Source: an uncultured Gemmatimonadales bacterium
GTDB taxonomy: Bacteria; Gemmatimonadota; Gemmatimonadetes; Gemmatimonadales; GWC2-71-9
NCBI GenBank assembly: GCA_963840165.1
Contig: CAWIXT010000006.1
Span: forward strand, 310,244 to 374,243
Length of the DNA: 64,000 nucleotides
Direction of reading: 5' to 3'
The notes under the pieces were generated by a model, which had not been told where the DNA came from, made no database searches, and saw only the letters and a list, made by a program, of their open reading frames with translations. Positions 30,015 through 39,613 of this stretch are shown here, piece after piece. How positions within the stretch are numbered: position 1 is the first letter of the stretch; each line of letters starts with the position of its first letter. A program made the translations under genes and the position numbers.

Positions 30015-31153
30015 CTCAGGTCCAGACGGTCCAACTCGCGGTCCCACGTGAGCCCCTCGGCCGTGCGGCGAGCCCCTCGAGAAAGCCGCTCGGTGAGACT
30101 CCAATCCTCAGCCAGTTTCACCATTGCTGCTGCCATTGCCCCAATGTCCCCTTCGGGGCAGGCAAGACCGTTCTTGCCATTGCGAAGATGATCCCGCACC
30201 CCGCCCGCCGGGCTCGCAATCACGGGGAGGCCGCTCGCCATAGCTTCCAGGACCACAAGCCCCAGGGTTTCCGTTACGGAGGCGAAGACGAACGCGTCAC
30301 AGTTCGCGTAGAGATCGGGCAGCCGGCTTTTCCGCTCCAGGAATCCCAGGAAGGTGACTCCGGGCGGAGCAGCGGCCCGGAGTTCGGCTTCGCGGGGGCC
30401 CGTGCCCGCCATGATCAGGTGGATGACACCTCGCGGCAGGCTTTCGCAGGCCAGTCTAAACGCGTGAATGACCTGGTCGGCCCGCTTCTCGGCGGCCAGC
30501 CTGCCGACATACAGGAACGTGAAGCGGCTCCCTATGCCGAAGGCGGCACGCATCTCCTGAGAGCGCCGCCCCGGATGGAACAGCTCCGCATCCACACCGC
30601 GTCCCCACACCTCGGCGTCAGAAACATTCAGCCGAACCAGATCATCCCGCGAGGCGGTTGACGGAGTGTAGACCCGGCGGCTCCGCCGATGGAACCGACC
30701 CAGGTACGACGACACGGCTCCCCGAAGCCAGGATGTTCCGTACGCGACGGCGTAGCGCGCGAAGTCGGTGTGATACGACGACACCATCGGGACTCCCGCG
30801 CGGGCCGCGGCGATCTGACCCATCCGGCCCACTCCGAATTCGGTGGCACAATGAATCAGGTCGGGCCGAAATTGTCGAACCAGCGCGGTCAGGGCGCGGG
30901 AAGAGGGCAAGGCCAACCGCACTTCGGGGTAGAGCGGCAGCGGTACGCTGGAAATGGAGACCAGCTCGACAGGAAGGCTCCCCGCCCCCTCCGCGCCATC
31001 CCAGTCCGAGGCTCCTGAGGCTGCCGGATATCGTGGCGCCACTACTAGGCAATCCCAATTGCGGCGTGCCAGTCCCCCCACCGATAGGGAGGTGACCACC
31101 GAGACCCCATTGAGCTGAGGTGGATATGTATCGGTGCAATAGAGAACCCGCAT
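29906..31153 (-). CDS. GT4-family glycosyltransferase
   Basis: The ATG at 31153 gives MRVLYCTDTYPPQLNGVS. The ExFG-type region is SVTETLGLVVLEAMASGLPVIAS. The 3' end overlaps the convergent phoR by about 108 nt. Confidence 0.8.
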   Translation of the reverse strand: MRVLYCTDTYPPQLNGVSVVTSLSVGGLARRNWDCLVVAPRYPAASGASDWDGAEGAGSLPVELVSISSVPLPLYPEVRLALPSSRALTALVRQFRPDLIHCATEFGVGRMGQIAAARAGVPMVSSYHTDFARYAVAYGTSWLRGAVSSYLGRFHRRSRRVYTPSTASRDDLVRLNVSDAEVWGRGVDAELFHPGRRSQEMRAAFGIGSRFTFLYVGRLAAEKRADQVIHAFRLACESLPRGVIHLIMAGTGPREAELRAAAPPGVTFLGFLERKSRLPDLYANCDAFVFASVTETLGLVVLEAMASGLPVIASPAGGVRDHLRNGKNGLACPEGDIGAMAAAMVKLAEDWSLTERLSRGARRTAEGLTWDRELDRLDLSYREVCEASTRGSLGVALDAGNQQVTVVPTPRSLSA

Positions 31154-31192
31154 CGAGACTCCCGGAGTGGACGTCCCAAGCTGCCCCCGGGA

Positions 31193-31209
31193 CGTCACGG
31201 TTTGGTCAA
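31193..31209 (-). promoter_or_regulatory. Candidate Pho box (two 11-bp-phased units) upstream of the GT4 gene
   Basis: The minus strand reads TTGACCaaaccGTGACG, 40-56 nt upstream of the GT4 ATG. It matches the unit and spacer pattern seen at 40792 and 37234. Confidence 0.35.
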
Positions 31210-31326
31210 ATGTGAGTCTCGATTGGTACCGGGATGCCCGGCGGGTCGAGCGATCCGGTGTTCGTTACCGATTCGTCGCGCGCCTGCGGCCATTCGGTTG
31301 CGAGTTGTGGAGAGATTTGTGGATAC

Positions 31327-31863
31327 ATGGAAACATCGATCCTGGTCCGAATCAGCGCCCGGGACAGAGTTCTTATGGCCCGGTACGCCATTGCGCCCAC
31401 CGCGCCGCAACCCTTGCGCGCGGTATGGACCGCGATCACCCACCTCGGTGGCACCGGTCCTACGCTTCTGGCGGCAGGCCTGCCATGGTTCGCGTGCTGC
31501 GCCTTGCACCACGCCTCGCGACTCGCCCTGGCAACGCTGGTACTCTCACATCTCGTGGTGCAGCTCGTGAAACGGACGGTGGGCCGGGGCCGGCCCGCGA
31601 GGTGCGACTGCGTCGCTCTGGTGCGGGAGCCGGACCGATTTTCGTTTCCTTCCGGACATTCGACCGCTGCCATGGCCGTCGCGCTTTCGTATGGCGCCGT
31701 GTTCCCGGCCTGGGCCCTTCCACTGGTGATCGTCGCCGTCGTGGTTGGATTCTCCCGGATCCGCCTGGGGGTGCACTATCCCAGCGATGTTCTCGTCGGC
31801 CAGCTCATTGCAGCGGCCACAGCTGGTGCGGTGTCGCTGTTCCCTTGGCTCAGCCCACCGTGA
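31327..31863 (+). CDS. PAP2-family phosphatase (phosphatidic acid / lipid phosphate phosphatase type)
   Basis: All three PAP2 motifs are present: KRTVGRGRP, PSGHS and SRIRLGVHYPSDV. The protein is polytopic. The ATG at 31327 is preferred over the longer ORF start at 31234. Confidence 0.85.
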   Translation: METSILVRISARDRVLMARYAIAPTAPQPLRAVWTAITHLGGTGPTLLAAGLPWFACCALHHASRLALATLVLSHLVVQLVKRTVGRGRPARCDCVALVREPDRFSFPSGHSTAAMAVALSYGAVFPAWALPLVIVAVVVGFSRIRLGVHYPSDVLVGQLIAAATAGAVSLFPWLSPP

Positions 31864-31882
31864 ACCAGACCGAGCGTAACGA

Positions 31883-32479
31883 CTACAGCTTGTTGGCATA
31901 GCTGAGAACCTTGTACCGCCCTCCCCGCTCCAGGATCTGAGTCAGCAGCCGAACCGAGATCGCCTTACCCCCCTGATCCCGCAGATGGAGAACGCAGGGG
32001 CCCGCCACTGTGTTCTTACCCTCGCGGCTCGCTTCCGGGCCGCAGTCGTGGCCCAGAAGCTCGAGACGCTGCCCGCCGTAGACGGCAAGCGCCCGGCGAA
32101 TCCCCCGCTCGCTGCGTTGTTGGAGCAGGTACCACATCAGACCTGGTTCCAGATCATAGGGAGGAAGACCTTGCGCCGCGGTGGGGTAGTACAAATAGGC
32201 GAACTCGGCGCGGCTGACCGCCATCGAGGCGAGGGCGGCCGTGTCGCGCCGCGCCAGTGCGGCAACGTACGCGGCCACCAGCGAGTCACGACTGCCATAC
32301 CCGCTTTCAAGCCGGGTGACCGGCTCCAGCCCTTTTCGAAAGCGCTGAATCGACGAGTCCCGGGGAATGAAACTGTCGACTACCCGCGCGGCGGCTGTGG
32401 TGCTGCGGCCCTCACCGTTCTCGCAGCCGGCCAGGATGCCGGCCCCGATTACAAGCACTGCCCTTAATAACATCGGCAT
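31883..32479 (-). CDS. Hypothetical lipoprotein
   Basis: MPMLLRAVLVIGAGILAGC lipobox. Intact 198-aa ORF and last gene of the TonB-receptor operon. I recognised no family. Confidence 0.5.
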   Translation of the reverse strand: MPMLLRAVLVIGAGILAGCENGEGRSTTAAARVVDSFIPRDSSIQRFRKGLEPVTRLESGYGSRDSLVAAYVAALARRDTAALASMAVSRAEFAYLYYPTAAQGLPPYDLEPGLMWYLLQQRSERGIRRALAVYGGQRLELLGHDCGPEASREGKNTVAGPCVLHLRDQGGKAISVRLLTQILERGGRYKVLSYANKL

Positions 32480-32543
32480 GGAGTTCCCGGCGTCGAGACC
32501 AGGATAGAGAGATGCAACTCCCTATCCTGGACCCCCGATGTCG

Positions 32544-34220
32544 TTAGTTCGTGGCGTAGTTGGTCCAACCCTGCCACCACTTGGCTCCCGCTGGATCCGC
32601 CGCGCCGAAATAGGTGGTGTTCGTCAAGGTCCCACCGAAAAAGCCGGCAGTGTATTCCGGAGGAATCACGACAGTTCCGGCTCCGGATGCCGCCGCCGAC
32701 CCTGCCGCCGGCGTCCAGTCCAGCGAGGCCGGGATCAGGCTGGTAAAGAGCGACGCCGCGGTTCCGCCCGAGACGACGTGGTTGGACGTCGCGAAAGCAC
32801 CCGCCTTGCCGAAGTTGGTGCCGGCGTCCTCGTCGTAATTCAACGCATTTTCCGCGAGCAGCAGGTTGGAGATGTTCAGCGAGTCGGCCGTCATGAGGGC
32901 GTCGGTCTCCGCATCTCTCACCGACAGACCCTGGCGCTGCCAGCGGGCCACGATGCCGTTGGTCAGGTAGCCGCCAGTTCCTCGGCGGAGCACCATCCCC
33001 ACGTCCCCACCGCTGGTGAGCGGTGTCGCGGTACCGGGGCCGACCAGTGTGAAGTTGGCAAAGACCGGGACCGAGAACGGCTGGGTAGCAAAGCCCAGAG
33101 CGCAGCCGGCACCGTTACAGCCGTCAGCCTCGAAACCCTGAGGATCGCTCGCGGGGACCCCGGCACTAGGCGCTGGGTCCGGCCGCGCGGACTGGAAGCC
33201 TATAAGGAACTGGTTCTGGCCCCGATAGCCTTCGGTCCAGTCGAAGTGGTCGTCGCCCGATTCATAGGAGACCAGGTAGCGCCCATCGACCGCGCCGCCC
33301 CACCACTCAAAGGAGTCGTCGAGGCCGGCCAGCGACTGAACGTACTCCAGTGTGGTTCCTGAACCGACAGCGTACATCGACAGGCTGTTGAGCTCCTGCC
33401 CGCTGCCCGCCGAGACGTCATAGCCGGCAAACTCGATCCGGACGTAGCGCAGCGTGCCGCTGTTGTCAGCGTTATCGGTCCCGCCCGAGTAATCCTCGGT
33501 GAACCCCTGGGGCCCCTCGGTAAGCACCGGCGGGGTGCGGTTGATGATGCCGTTACCGATGATGAGGAGCCCTCCCCAATCCCCTGGAGCGCGGGATCCA
33601 GCCGGCCTGCCCGACGTAAACACGATGGGCGCCTCGGCCGTGCCTTGAGCGTCGATCGAGGAGCCACGCAGAATCCACAGGGAGCTTCCCGCCTCTTCCG
33701 GATCGCCGACGATGGTGGTGCCCGGTTGAATCGTGAGGGTGGCCGCGTTGCCCACTTTCACGTAGCCGTTCAAGGTGTACAACGTGTCGGCATACAAGGT
33801 GCGGTCGGCCGAGATGTTGCCTGTCAGCGTCGCGACTTTCGCCCCGGCCACGGATGTGTTCACGGCCGAGCTGAACGTACCGGTCCCGTTGGCGTTCACG
33901 GCCGCCACCCGGTAACTGTAGGAGGCACCGGGGGTCACCGCCGCGTCGGTGTAGCTGGTCCCCGTGATCGTCCCACCGACCGCGGTAAAGGTGCCGGGAG
34001 CCGATGACTCAGCGCGCTCGAGTACATAACTCGTCGCGCCGCTGACGGCGGTCCAGGCAACCTCGACGGACGTCTCCCCTGCCGTGGCAGTCAAGCCGGT
34101 AGGTGCCGGCGGAGTCGCCGGCGGTTCTGTCAGGTCGTCATCGCCGCAGCCGGCCAGGAAGCCGGTCAGAAGCACTGCTGCTGCGGCAGCGCGAAGCGAG
34201 CGGGTGGAGAGCAACATCAC
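32544..34220 (-). CDS. Lipoprotein with an N-terminal fibronectin type III domain and a beta-helix-like body, partner of the adjacent TonB-dependent receptor
   Basis: LLTGFLAGC lipobox. Fn3 signature APTGLTATAGETSVEVAWTAVSGATSYVLER...YSYRVAAVN. The remainder is Gly/Thr/Asn-rich. It lies immediately downstream of the receptor gene. Confidence 0.6.
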   Translation of the reverse strand: MMLLSTRSLRAAAAAVLLTGFLAGCGDDDLTEPPATPPAPTGLTATAGETSVEVAWTAVSGATSYVLERAESSAPGTFTAVGGTITGTSYTDAAVTPGASYSYRVAAVNANGTGTFSSAVNTSVAGAKVATLTGNISADRTLYADTLYTLNGYVKVGNAATLTIQPGTTIVGDPEEAGSSLWILRGSSIDAQGTAEAPIVFTSGRPAGSRAPGDWGGLLIIGNGIINRTPPVLTEGPQGFTEDYSGGTDNADNSGTLRYVRIEFAGYDVSAGSGQELNSLSMYAVGSGTTLEYVQSLAGLDDSFEWWGGAVDGRYLVSYESGDDHFDWTEGYRGQNQFLIGFQSARPDPAPSAGVPASDPQGFEADGCNGAGCALGFATQPFSVPVFANFTLVGPGTATPLTSGGDVGMVLRRGTGGYLTNGIVARWQRQGLSVRDAETDALMTADSLNISNLLLAENALNYDEDAGTNFGKAGAFATSNHVVSGGTAASLFTSLIPASLDWTPAAGSAAASGAGTVVIPPEYTAGFFGGTLTNTTYFGAADPAGAKWWQGWTNYATN

Positions 34221-34326
34221 GTGGCCTCGAGTCAGAAGGGTTCCATAAAGTCGGGGTTACTGCCAGTCCGCGAATCAATGGTTTGCGTACCACCGATCGA
34301 GCACGGAAACGTCACGATCGGGTCAC

Positions 34327-37083
34327 TCACGGCTGCCAGCTCGCACCCAGGGAGAAGACCCGGCCGATCTTGTAGCGGCTCCGCAGAATTCCGCCCTGGG
34401 TGGCCCGGTACGGCGTGTCCAGCAGGTTTCTGGCTTCCAGCTTGAACGTGGTGTGCGCGAATACCGGCACCTGGAGAGAGAAGTCCACGATATGGCGGGC
34501 CTCCTCATAGGTGTCGGGGAATGGTTGAGCGCCCGCCTCCAGGATGCGCGGGCCCACCACGTTGTAGAGCGCAGTCCCGGTCACCCCTCCCGCGCTGGCG
34601 AAGGTCACCCCGCCGTTTACCACATACTCGGCCTGACCCACCATGGGACGGTCCGCGTTGGTCAGCACCGCCGTGCCCGGGGTAATCGTGCTGCGCATGA
34701 GTGTGGTGTTGGCAAAGATGGTGAACGGCACCAGACTGGGACTGAGGAAATCCAGGTTCTTCCTGACCTCCAGCTCGACCCCGTAGTTCTCCGCCTTCTC
34801 CGCATTGACGAAGCTGTTGGCCAGGGCGCCGGTCTGCACCACGAAGACCCGCTCGATGGGATCGTCGAATCGTTTGGCGAACACCGCCAGGCTCAGGACC
34901 TCCCCCGGACGGGGATACCACTCCCAGCGCAGATCGTAGTTCTGAATCAGGGCTCGCTGGAGATCAGGGTTGCCGAAGGTGATGAGTCCGCCGATCGGCT
35001 CGAAGGAGCTGACATCGGCGATCTCACGGTACTCCGGCCGGGAGAGCGTCTGGCTCGCCGAGGCCCTGAGCACCTGGTCGTCGGTCAGCTGGTAGTTCAG
35101 CGCAAGCGAGGGCAGGATGTCGGTGTTCTCGCGGGAAGTGGCGGACGGCTCCCCTTGAGGGCTCAGGGTATTGAGGTCCAGGGTCCACCGCTCCAGCCTC
35201 GCTCCCCCGATGAGTCGCAGGCGCGAGGTCACCGGCAGCTCCACCAGGGCGTATCCCGCCGCGAGACGGTCCCGGGCGTCGTAACGGCCGCCATTGGCGT
35301 TGATGAAGAGAGAAAGCCTGCTGTCCTGGGCGTAGGGCCCGGCAAAAATCTGTTCGGGCACGACCTGGCGGTCCGCCAGTGAGAGAGCCCGATTGGTAAT
35401 GTCGAACGCCCGGCTGTCGACATCCCGGTCCACCGCTCTGAATGCCGCACCGGTCTTGATCATGGCAGGGCTCGATGTCGAGCCGAGGATCAGGCGGTAA
35501 TTAGCGGCCCCGTCATAGCTGCTCTCATCGAGCTCGCTGAAGGTCCGGGTAGCGGATTGCGCGCCGCCCCACCAATCCAGCGGAACCGACGTGCCGGTGA
35601 CTGGATCGATGCTGGTCCGATACGCGATGTCAGAGCGGTCCGGCTCGTTACGGCTGACGTGGGATCCAGTGAACGACCAGTCCACGACATGGCTCGAGCC
35701 GAGCAGATGCTCGCCTGCGAGTTGATGGGAGCGCACGGTCCGCTGGACGAACGTCAGACGGGTGACATCGAGATCGACGTTGAACTCCTCGTTCTCGCCT
35801 GCAAGCCGGACGGCCTCGTTGTCAGCGCTTCGGTTATACGTGTTATTGAAGGAGAGCTTGCTGTTGGCGCCAAGCCGGGTACTGAGATTCGCGATTCCGC
35901 CCCACAGCACGTTGTTCCGGGAGGTTGAACCGGCACTCTCGTTATAAGGGCGGAATCCGGCGCTGCTGCTTTGGATCAGGGCACGAGACTCCTCCAGCCG
36001 CGCTTCCTGTCCGTACGAGTAGGTGAAAGAACCGATGTACCCGATCGGCTGGTTGAAGACCGGGTCTTCGCCTCCAATACTGACGCCGAAGCTGGCGTTG
36101 CCGGTGCCGGTTCCTGGCTGCGCGGACCAGGCATTCCTAAAGGAGCTGATGATGTTGTTGACGTCGGTCTGGCTGGCGCCGCTCAGATCGCCTGCGGCCA
36201 CCGCTGGAGCGGGGATTTGACGCGCGTCGCCCGGCATGCCGCGCCACTCACTGCCGGTGGTCGGCGCCCGATAGAGATCCTTGCCGCTGGCAGCCGTGTT
36301 GAGGCCGGCCATGGCCGAGAAGTTGATGACCCGCCCGGCCGGAAACTCCCGGGTCTTGAGGTTGACGGAGGCGCCGGAGAAGTCACCGGGCTGATCCGGA
36401 GTGAACGTCTTTGAGGTGGTGATTCCTTCCAGGAGGCTGGAGGGGAAGATGTCCAGCGGCACCACCTTCCGCTCTGGCTCCGGACTCGGGACTCGAACGC
36501 CGTTGAGCGAGGTAGTGGTGTATCGCTCTCCCAGGCCCCGAACGAACACATACTTGCCGTCCTGGACGGTGACGCCACTCACCCGCTGGACCGCCTGGCC
36601 CGCGTCGCTGTCCGGACTCTTCTCGATCTGTTCGCTGGTGACGGAGCTGACGATGTTGGTGGCGTTTCGCTGCTCATCCAGCGCCCGGTTGACTGTTCCC
36701 CGTTCTGCCTCGGCGCTCACTTCGATCTCCGCCAGCTGAACGGCGGACGCAGATAGCGCGATATCCTGTACCGCGGTCCCTCCCGCGGGAACCACGACGC
36801 CGGTGACCACCTTCGGCGCAAAGCCGATCATGCGCACCCGGATCGCCACCGGACCGGCGGGTACCGGATTGAGCGCGTATCGTCCGTCCAGCGCCGAGGT
36901 GGTGATGAGGTTGGATTCCACGACCTCGATTTGGGCCCCGGCTACCGGAGCTCCTTGCTCCGCGTCGACGACCCGGCCTACCACTCGCCCGACATCCTGC
37001 GCGACGAGGGGCTGGCTGGCGAAACCGGGGCCGAGCAGGAGACTTGCAAGAGCAACACGTTGCAACAGAGGGGGAGTGGGCAT
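34327..37083 (-). CDS. TonB-dependent outer-membrane receptor with an N-terminal carboxypeptidase-regulatory-like domain
   Basis: The N-terminal GRVVDAEQGAPVAGAQIEV...DGRYAL...IRVRMIGF fold is followed by a plug (IVSSVTSEQIEKSPDSDAGQAVQRVSGV) and a long beta-barrel. The barrel ends in the ...RVFSLGASWQP terminal strand. Confidence 0.9.
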   Translation of the reverse strand: MPTPPLLQRVALASLLLGPGFASQPLVAQDVGRVVGRVVDAEQGAPVAGAQIEVVESNLITTSALDGRYALNPVPAGPVAIRVRMIGFAPKVVTGVVVPAGGTAVQDIALSASAVQLAEIEVSAEAERGTVNRALDEQRNATNIVSSVTSEQIEKSPDSDAGQAVQRVSGVTVQDGKYVFVRGLGERYTTTSLNGVRVPSPEPERKVVPLDIFPSSLLEGITTSKTFTPDQPGDFSGASVNLKTREFPAGRVINFSAMAGLNTAASGKDLYRAPTTGSEWRGMPGDARQIPAPAVAAGDLSGASQTDVNNIISSFRNAWSAQPGTGTGNASFGVSIGGEDPVFNQPIGYIGSFTYSYGQEARLEESRALIQSSSAGFRPYNESAGSTSRNNVLWGGIANLSTRLGANSKLSFNNTYNRSADNEAVRLAGENEEFNVDLDVTRLTFVQRTVRSHQLAGEHLLGSSHVVDWSFTGSHVSRNEPDRSDIAYRTSIDPVTGTSVPLDWWGGAQSATRTFSELDESSYDGAANYRLILGSTSSPAMIKTGAAFRAVDRDVDSRAFDITNRALSLADRQVVPEQIFAGPYAQDSRLSLFINANGGRYDARDRLAAGYALVELPVTSRLRLIGGARLERWTLDLNTLSPQGEPSATSRENTDILPSLALNYQLTDDQVLRASASQTLSRPEYREIADVSSFEPIGGLITFGNPDLQRALIQNYDLRWEWYPRPGEVLSLAVFAKRFDDPIERVFVVQTGALANSFVNAEKAENYGVELEVRKNLDFLSPSLVPFTIFANTTLMRSTITPGTAVLTNADRPMVGQAEYVVNGGVTFASAGGVTGTALYNVVGPRILEAGAQPFPDTYEEARHIVDFSLQVPVFAHTTFKLEARNLLDTPYRATQGGILRSRYKIGRVFSLGASWQP

Positions 37084-37175
37084 GGGCCTTCCGTCACGGG
37101 GGATCGAGGCAGCTCAGGCAGGCTGCCAGGTGTCTGCCGGTACGGAGGGATCCTGCGCGAAACCGGTCGCGGCGG

Positions 37176-37203
37176 CACAACGATTGTGCAACGGAACGGT
37201 CAC
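37176..37203 (-). promoter_or_regulatory. Candidate degenerate Pho box upstream of the TonB receptor gene
   Basis: The minus strand reads GTGACCgttccGTTGCAcaatcGTTGTG: three GT-initiated hexamers at exact 11-bp phasing, 93-120 nt upstream of the ATG at 37083. The second and third units are imperfect. Confidence 0.3.
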
Positions 37204-37233
37204 GGGGCACTTCCGGGGGGCACACCTACGCCT

Positions 37234-37261
37234 GGGACCCGTCGTTTACCTGTTCGTTACA
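37234..37261 (+). promoter_or_regulatory. Candidate Pho box (three 11-bp-phased units) upstream of the porin-pstS1 transcription unit
   Basis: GGGACCcgtcgTTTACCtgttcGTTACA, followed 8 nt later by TATGCT (37270-37275) as a possible -10. The porin ATG is at 37350. Confidence 0.45.
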
Positions 37262-37349
37262 GAAAAGCTTATGCTCCGTGACCTGATTTCAGCTTCTTAG
37301 CACCCGTGTTGGACGGCACCGTCTTCCACCACCATCCCGAAAGGGGCCT

Positions 37350-38534
37350 ATGAGCCTGCAGGCGCGAAGAACCGCGATGGGAATCGGGCTGGTTGTTGCT
37401 CTCGGAGCAGCTACGGCGAGTGCCCAGACTACCTACCCGAACGTCAAACTCTCGGGACGCCTCCAGGCCCAGGCCTATTACTTCTCCAATGAGGAATTCG
37501 CTGCCGTGGTGGGGCCCACCAGCAGCATGTTCATCCGGCGGGCCCGGATCGAGGCGCGGGGGCAGATCTCCGAGAACGTGAGCGTATACGTGCAGCCGTC
37601 GTTCGAAGGCGGACGCAATCTCAGCGGCCTGACCACCACCTGTACCTCAACCCCCGTGCCGGCCGGGGGTGGCACTCCGGTGATCACCTGCCGGAGCACC
37701 GGCCGCAGCGGATTTCGGCTGCGCGACGCCTACATTGACGTGCTCTTCAGTCCGGTAACCAGCAAGGGAGCGCTATACCTCCGGGCCGGACAGGAGAAGC
37801 GCCCCTTCAGCCGCTACGAGCTGACTTCTTCCAACAACCTGCCGTCGATCGAGCGCGGCGGCGGAACGGGCCTGCTGCCCCGCGCGTCCAATGATCTGTT
37901 CGGGGGAGCCGGTTTTCTCTCCCATGATGTGGGCGCCAGCGTGCGCTACGAGTACAAGCTGGGGGACACCCGCCTGATCACGGTCAAGTTCGGCGCCTAC
38001 AACGGGCAGGGCGAGAGTCTCAACGACGTCAACAGCCAGAAGAGCTTCGGGGCCCGGGGAACCGTGGGACTCACGTCCAAGCTCGAAGTCGGCGGCTCGT
38101 GGTTCGCTCATGACGGCATTGTCACGGTAGGAGGCGTGCCCGACTCCAGCTTCACCAACTATGCGTTCGACATTGACGCTCAGTGGGGCAAGCCGGGCGA
38201 CGAAGGACTGTTCGCCCTGGCGGAGTACCTGCACGGCAACGACGCTACCGCGTCAAAATTCACAATCCAGGGCGTGCAGGCCGTTGCGGCGTACAACATC
38301 CGCATGACCAGCCCCACGTCCTGGCTCTACGCGATCGAGCCGTCGTTCAGGGTTGACCTGGCGGATCCCAACACCGACGCGGAGGGTGATCGGGTCACCA
38401 CAATCACCGGCGTCTTCGGCATCTACATGTCGAGCCGGGCGCAGCTGCGGGTGGGCTACGAACGGCAGAGCTTCCAGGACGACCTGCTTCCGAGCATCAG
38501 CGGCGTGCGCAGCGCGCTGACCGTGAACTTCTAA
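37350..38534 (+). CDS. Phosphate-selective porin O/P family outer-membrane protein
   Basis: Signal peptide ...ALGAATASAQ. The N-terminal KLSGRLQAQAYYF...MFIRRARIEARGQISENVSVYVQPSF pattern is typical of OprO/OprP-like porins. The protein ends in ...SALTVNF. It lies directly upstream of pstS. Confidence 0.75.
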   Translation: MSLQARRTAMGIGLVVALGAATASAQTTYPNVKLSGRLQAQAYYFSNEEFAAVVGPTSSMFIRRARIEARGQISENVSVYVQPSFEGGRNLSGLTTTCTSTPVPAGGGTPVITCRSTGRSGFRLRDAYIDVLFSPVTSKGALYLRAGQEKRPFSRYELTSSNNLPSIERGGGTGLLPRASNDLFGGAGFLSHDVGASVRYEYKLGDTRLITVKFGAYNGQGESLNDVNSQKSFGARGTVGLTSKLEVGGSWFAHDGIVTVGGVPDSSFTNYAFDIDAQWGKPGDEGLFALAEYLHGNDATASKFTIQGVQAVAAYNIRMTSPTSWLYAIEPSFRVDLADPNTDAEGDRVTTITGVFGIYMSSRAQLRVGYERQSFQDDLLPSISGVRSALTVNF

Positions 38535-38550
38535 TCAACGAGGACCGAGG

Positions 38551-39594
38551 ATGACCACGCGACATCTGCTGGTGCTGGGGGCAGCCGCCCTTGCTTTCGG
38601 CACGCCTGCCGCGGCCCAGAAACTGACCGGCGCCGGCGCAACGTTCCCGAACCCGATTTACACCAAGTGGTTCGACGCGTACAACAAGAAGACCGGCATC
38701 GAGATCAACTACCAGTCTATCGGGTCCGGCGGAGGCATCCGCCAGTACACCGAGGGCACCGTCGACTTCGGCGCCACCGACGGCCCCATGAACGAGTCCC
38801 AGATCCAGGCGGTGAGCGGCAACGTCCTCCATGTTCCCGCCGTGCTGGGCGCGGTGGTGGTGACCTACAACCTCCCCACCCTGGGAGACACCAAGCTCAG
38901 GTTCGACGGCAACCTGCTGGTCGACATCTTCATGGGCCGGGTGACCAAGTGGAACGACCCCAAGATCGCGGCGCTCAATCCGGGCGTGAAGCTGCCCGGC
39001 ATAGACCTCATCGTGGTGCATCGCTCCGACGGTTCCGGCACCACCTATGTGTTTACCGACTACCTGAACAAGTTTTCCCGGGAGTGGAAGGACAAGGTCG
39101 GCTACGCGACGTCGGTGAACTGGCCGGTTGGGCTGGGTGGCAAGGGCAATGAGGGCGTGACTCAGCAGGTAAAGCAGGTCGAAGGCGCGCTCGGGTACGT
39201 GGAGCTGATCTATGCCCTGTCCAACAACCTGCCGTACGCCCAGGTCAAGAACCCAGCGGGAAATTTCAGCACTCCGTCTCTGGAATCGGTGACTGCCGCC
39301 GCCGCAGGCATCAAGCTGCCCAAGGACACCGACTTCCGGGTGTCGATCACCAATGCGCCGGGCGCGGACGCATACCCAATCGCCTCGTTCACCTGGCTGC
39401 TGGTTCGGAAGGACAACAAGGATACTGCCAAGGCCAAGCTGATCCGGGATTTCCTGACCTGGATGATTACACCCGAGGCCCAGAGAATGGCCTCCGACCT
39501 CCACTATGCACCGCTGCCGGCGCCGGTGATCGCTCTGGTCCAAGAGCGCCTGTCCACGCTGAAAGCGGGCGGCAAATCAATCGCCTCGCGCTGA
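38551..39594 (+). CDS. pstS: Phosphate ABC transporter substrate-binding protein (signal-peptidase-I type)
   Basis: LTGAGATFPNPIYTKWF, YQSIGSGGGIRQ, TVDFGATDGPM and HRSDGSGTT. A GAGGA Shine-Dalgarno precedes the ATG. Confidence 0.9.
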   Translation: MTTRHLLVLGAAALAFGTPAAAQKLTGAGATFPNPIYTKWFDAYNKKTGIEINYQSIGSGGGIRQYTEGTVDFGATDGPMNESQIQAVSGNVLHVPAVLGAVVVTYNLPTLGDTKLRFDGNLLVDIFMGRVTKWNDPKIAALNPGVKLPGIDLIVVHRSDGSGTTYVFTDYLNKFSREWKDKVGYATSVNWPVGLGGKGNEGVTQQVKQVEGALGYVELIYALSNNLPYAQVKNPAGNFSTPSLESVTAAAAGIKLPKDTDFRVSITNAPGADAYPIASFTWLLVRKDNKDTAKAKLIRDFLTWMITPEAQRMASDLHYAPLPAPVIALVQERLSTLKAGGKSIASR

Positions 39595-39613
39595 CGGGGC
39601 ACCTGCGTCTGGG

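Noticed and set aside
37084-37349. E. coli-type Pho box (CTGTCAT-N4-CTGTCAT) in the porin/receptor divergent region and upstream of pstS/pstC
   Set aside because: No match to that consensus was found. The phased GT(G/T)AC(C/A/G) repeats reported above are the alternative.
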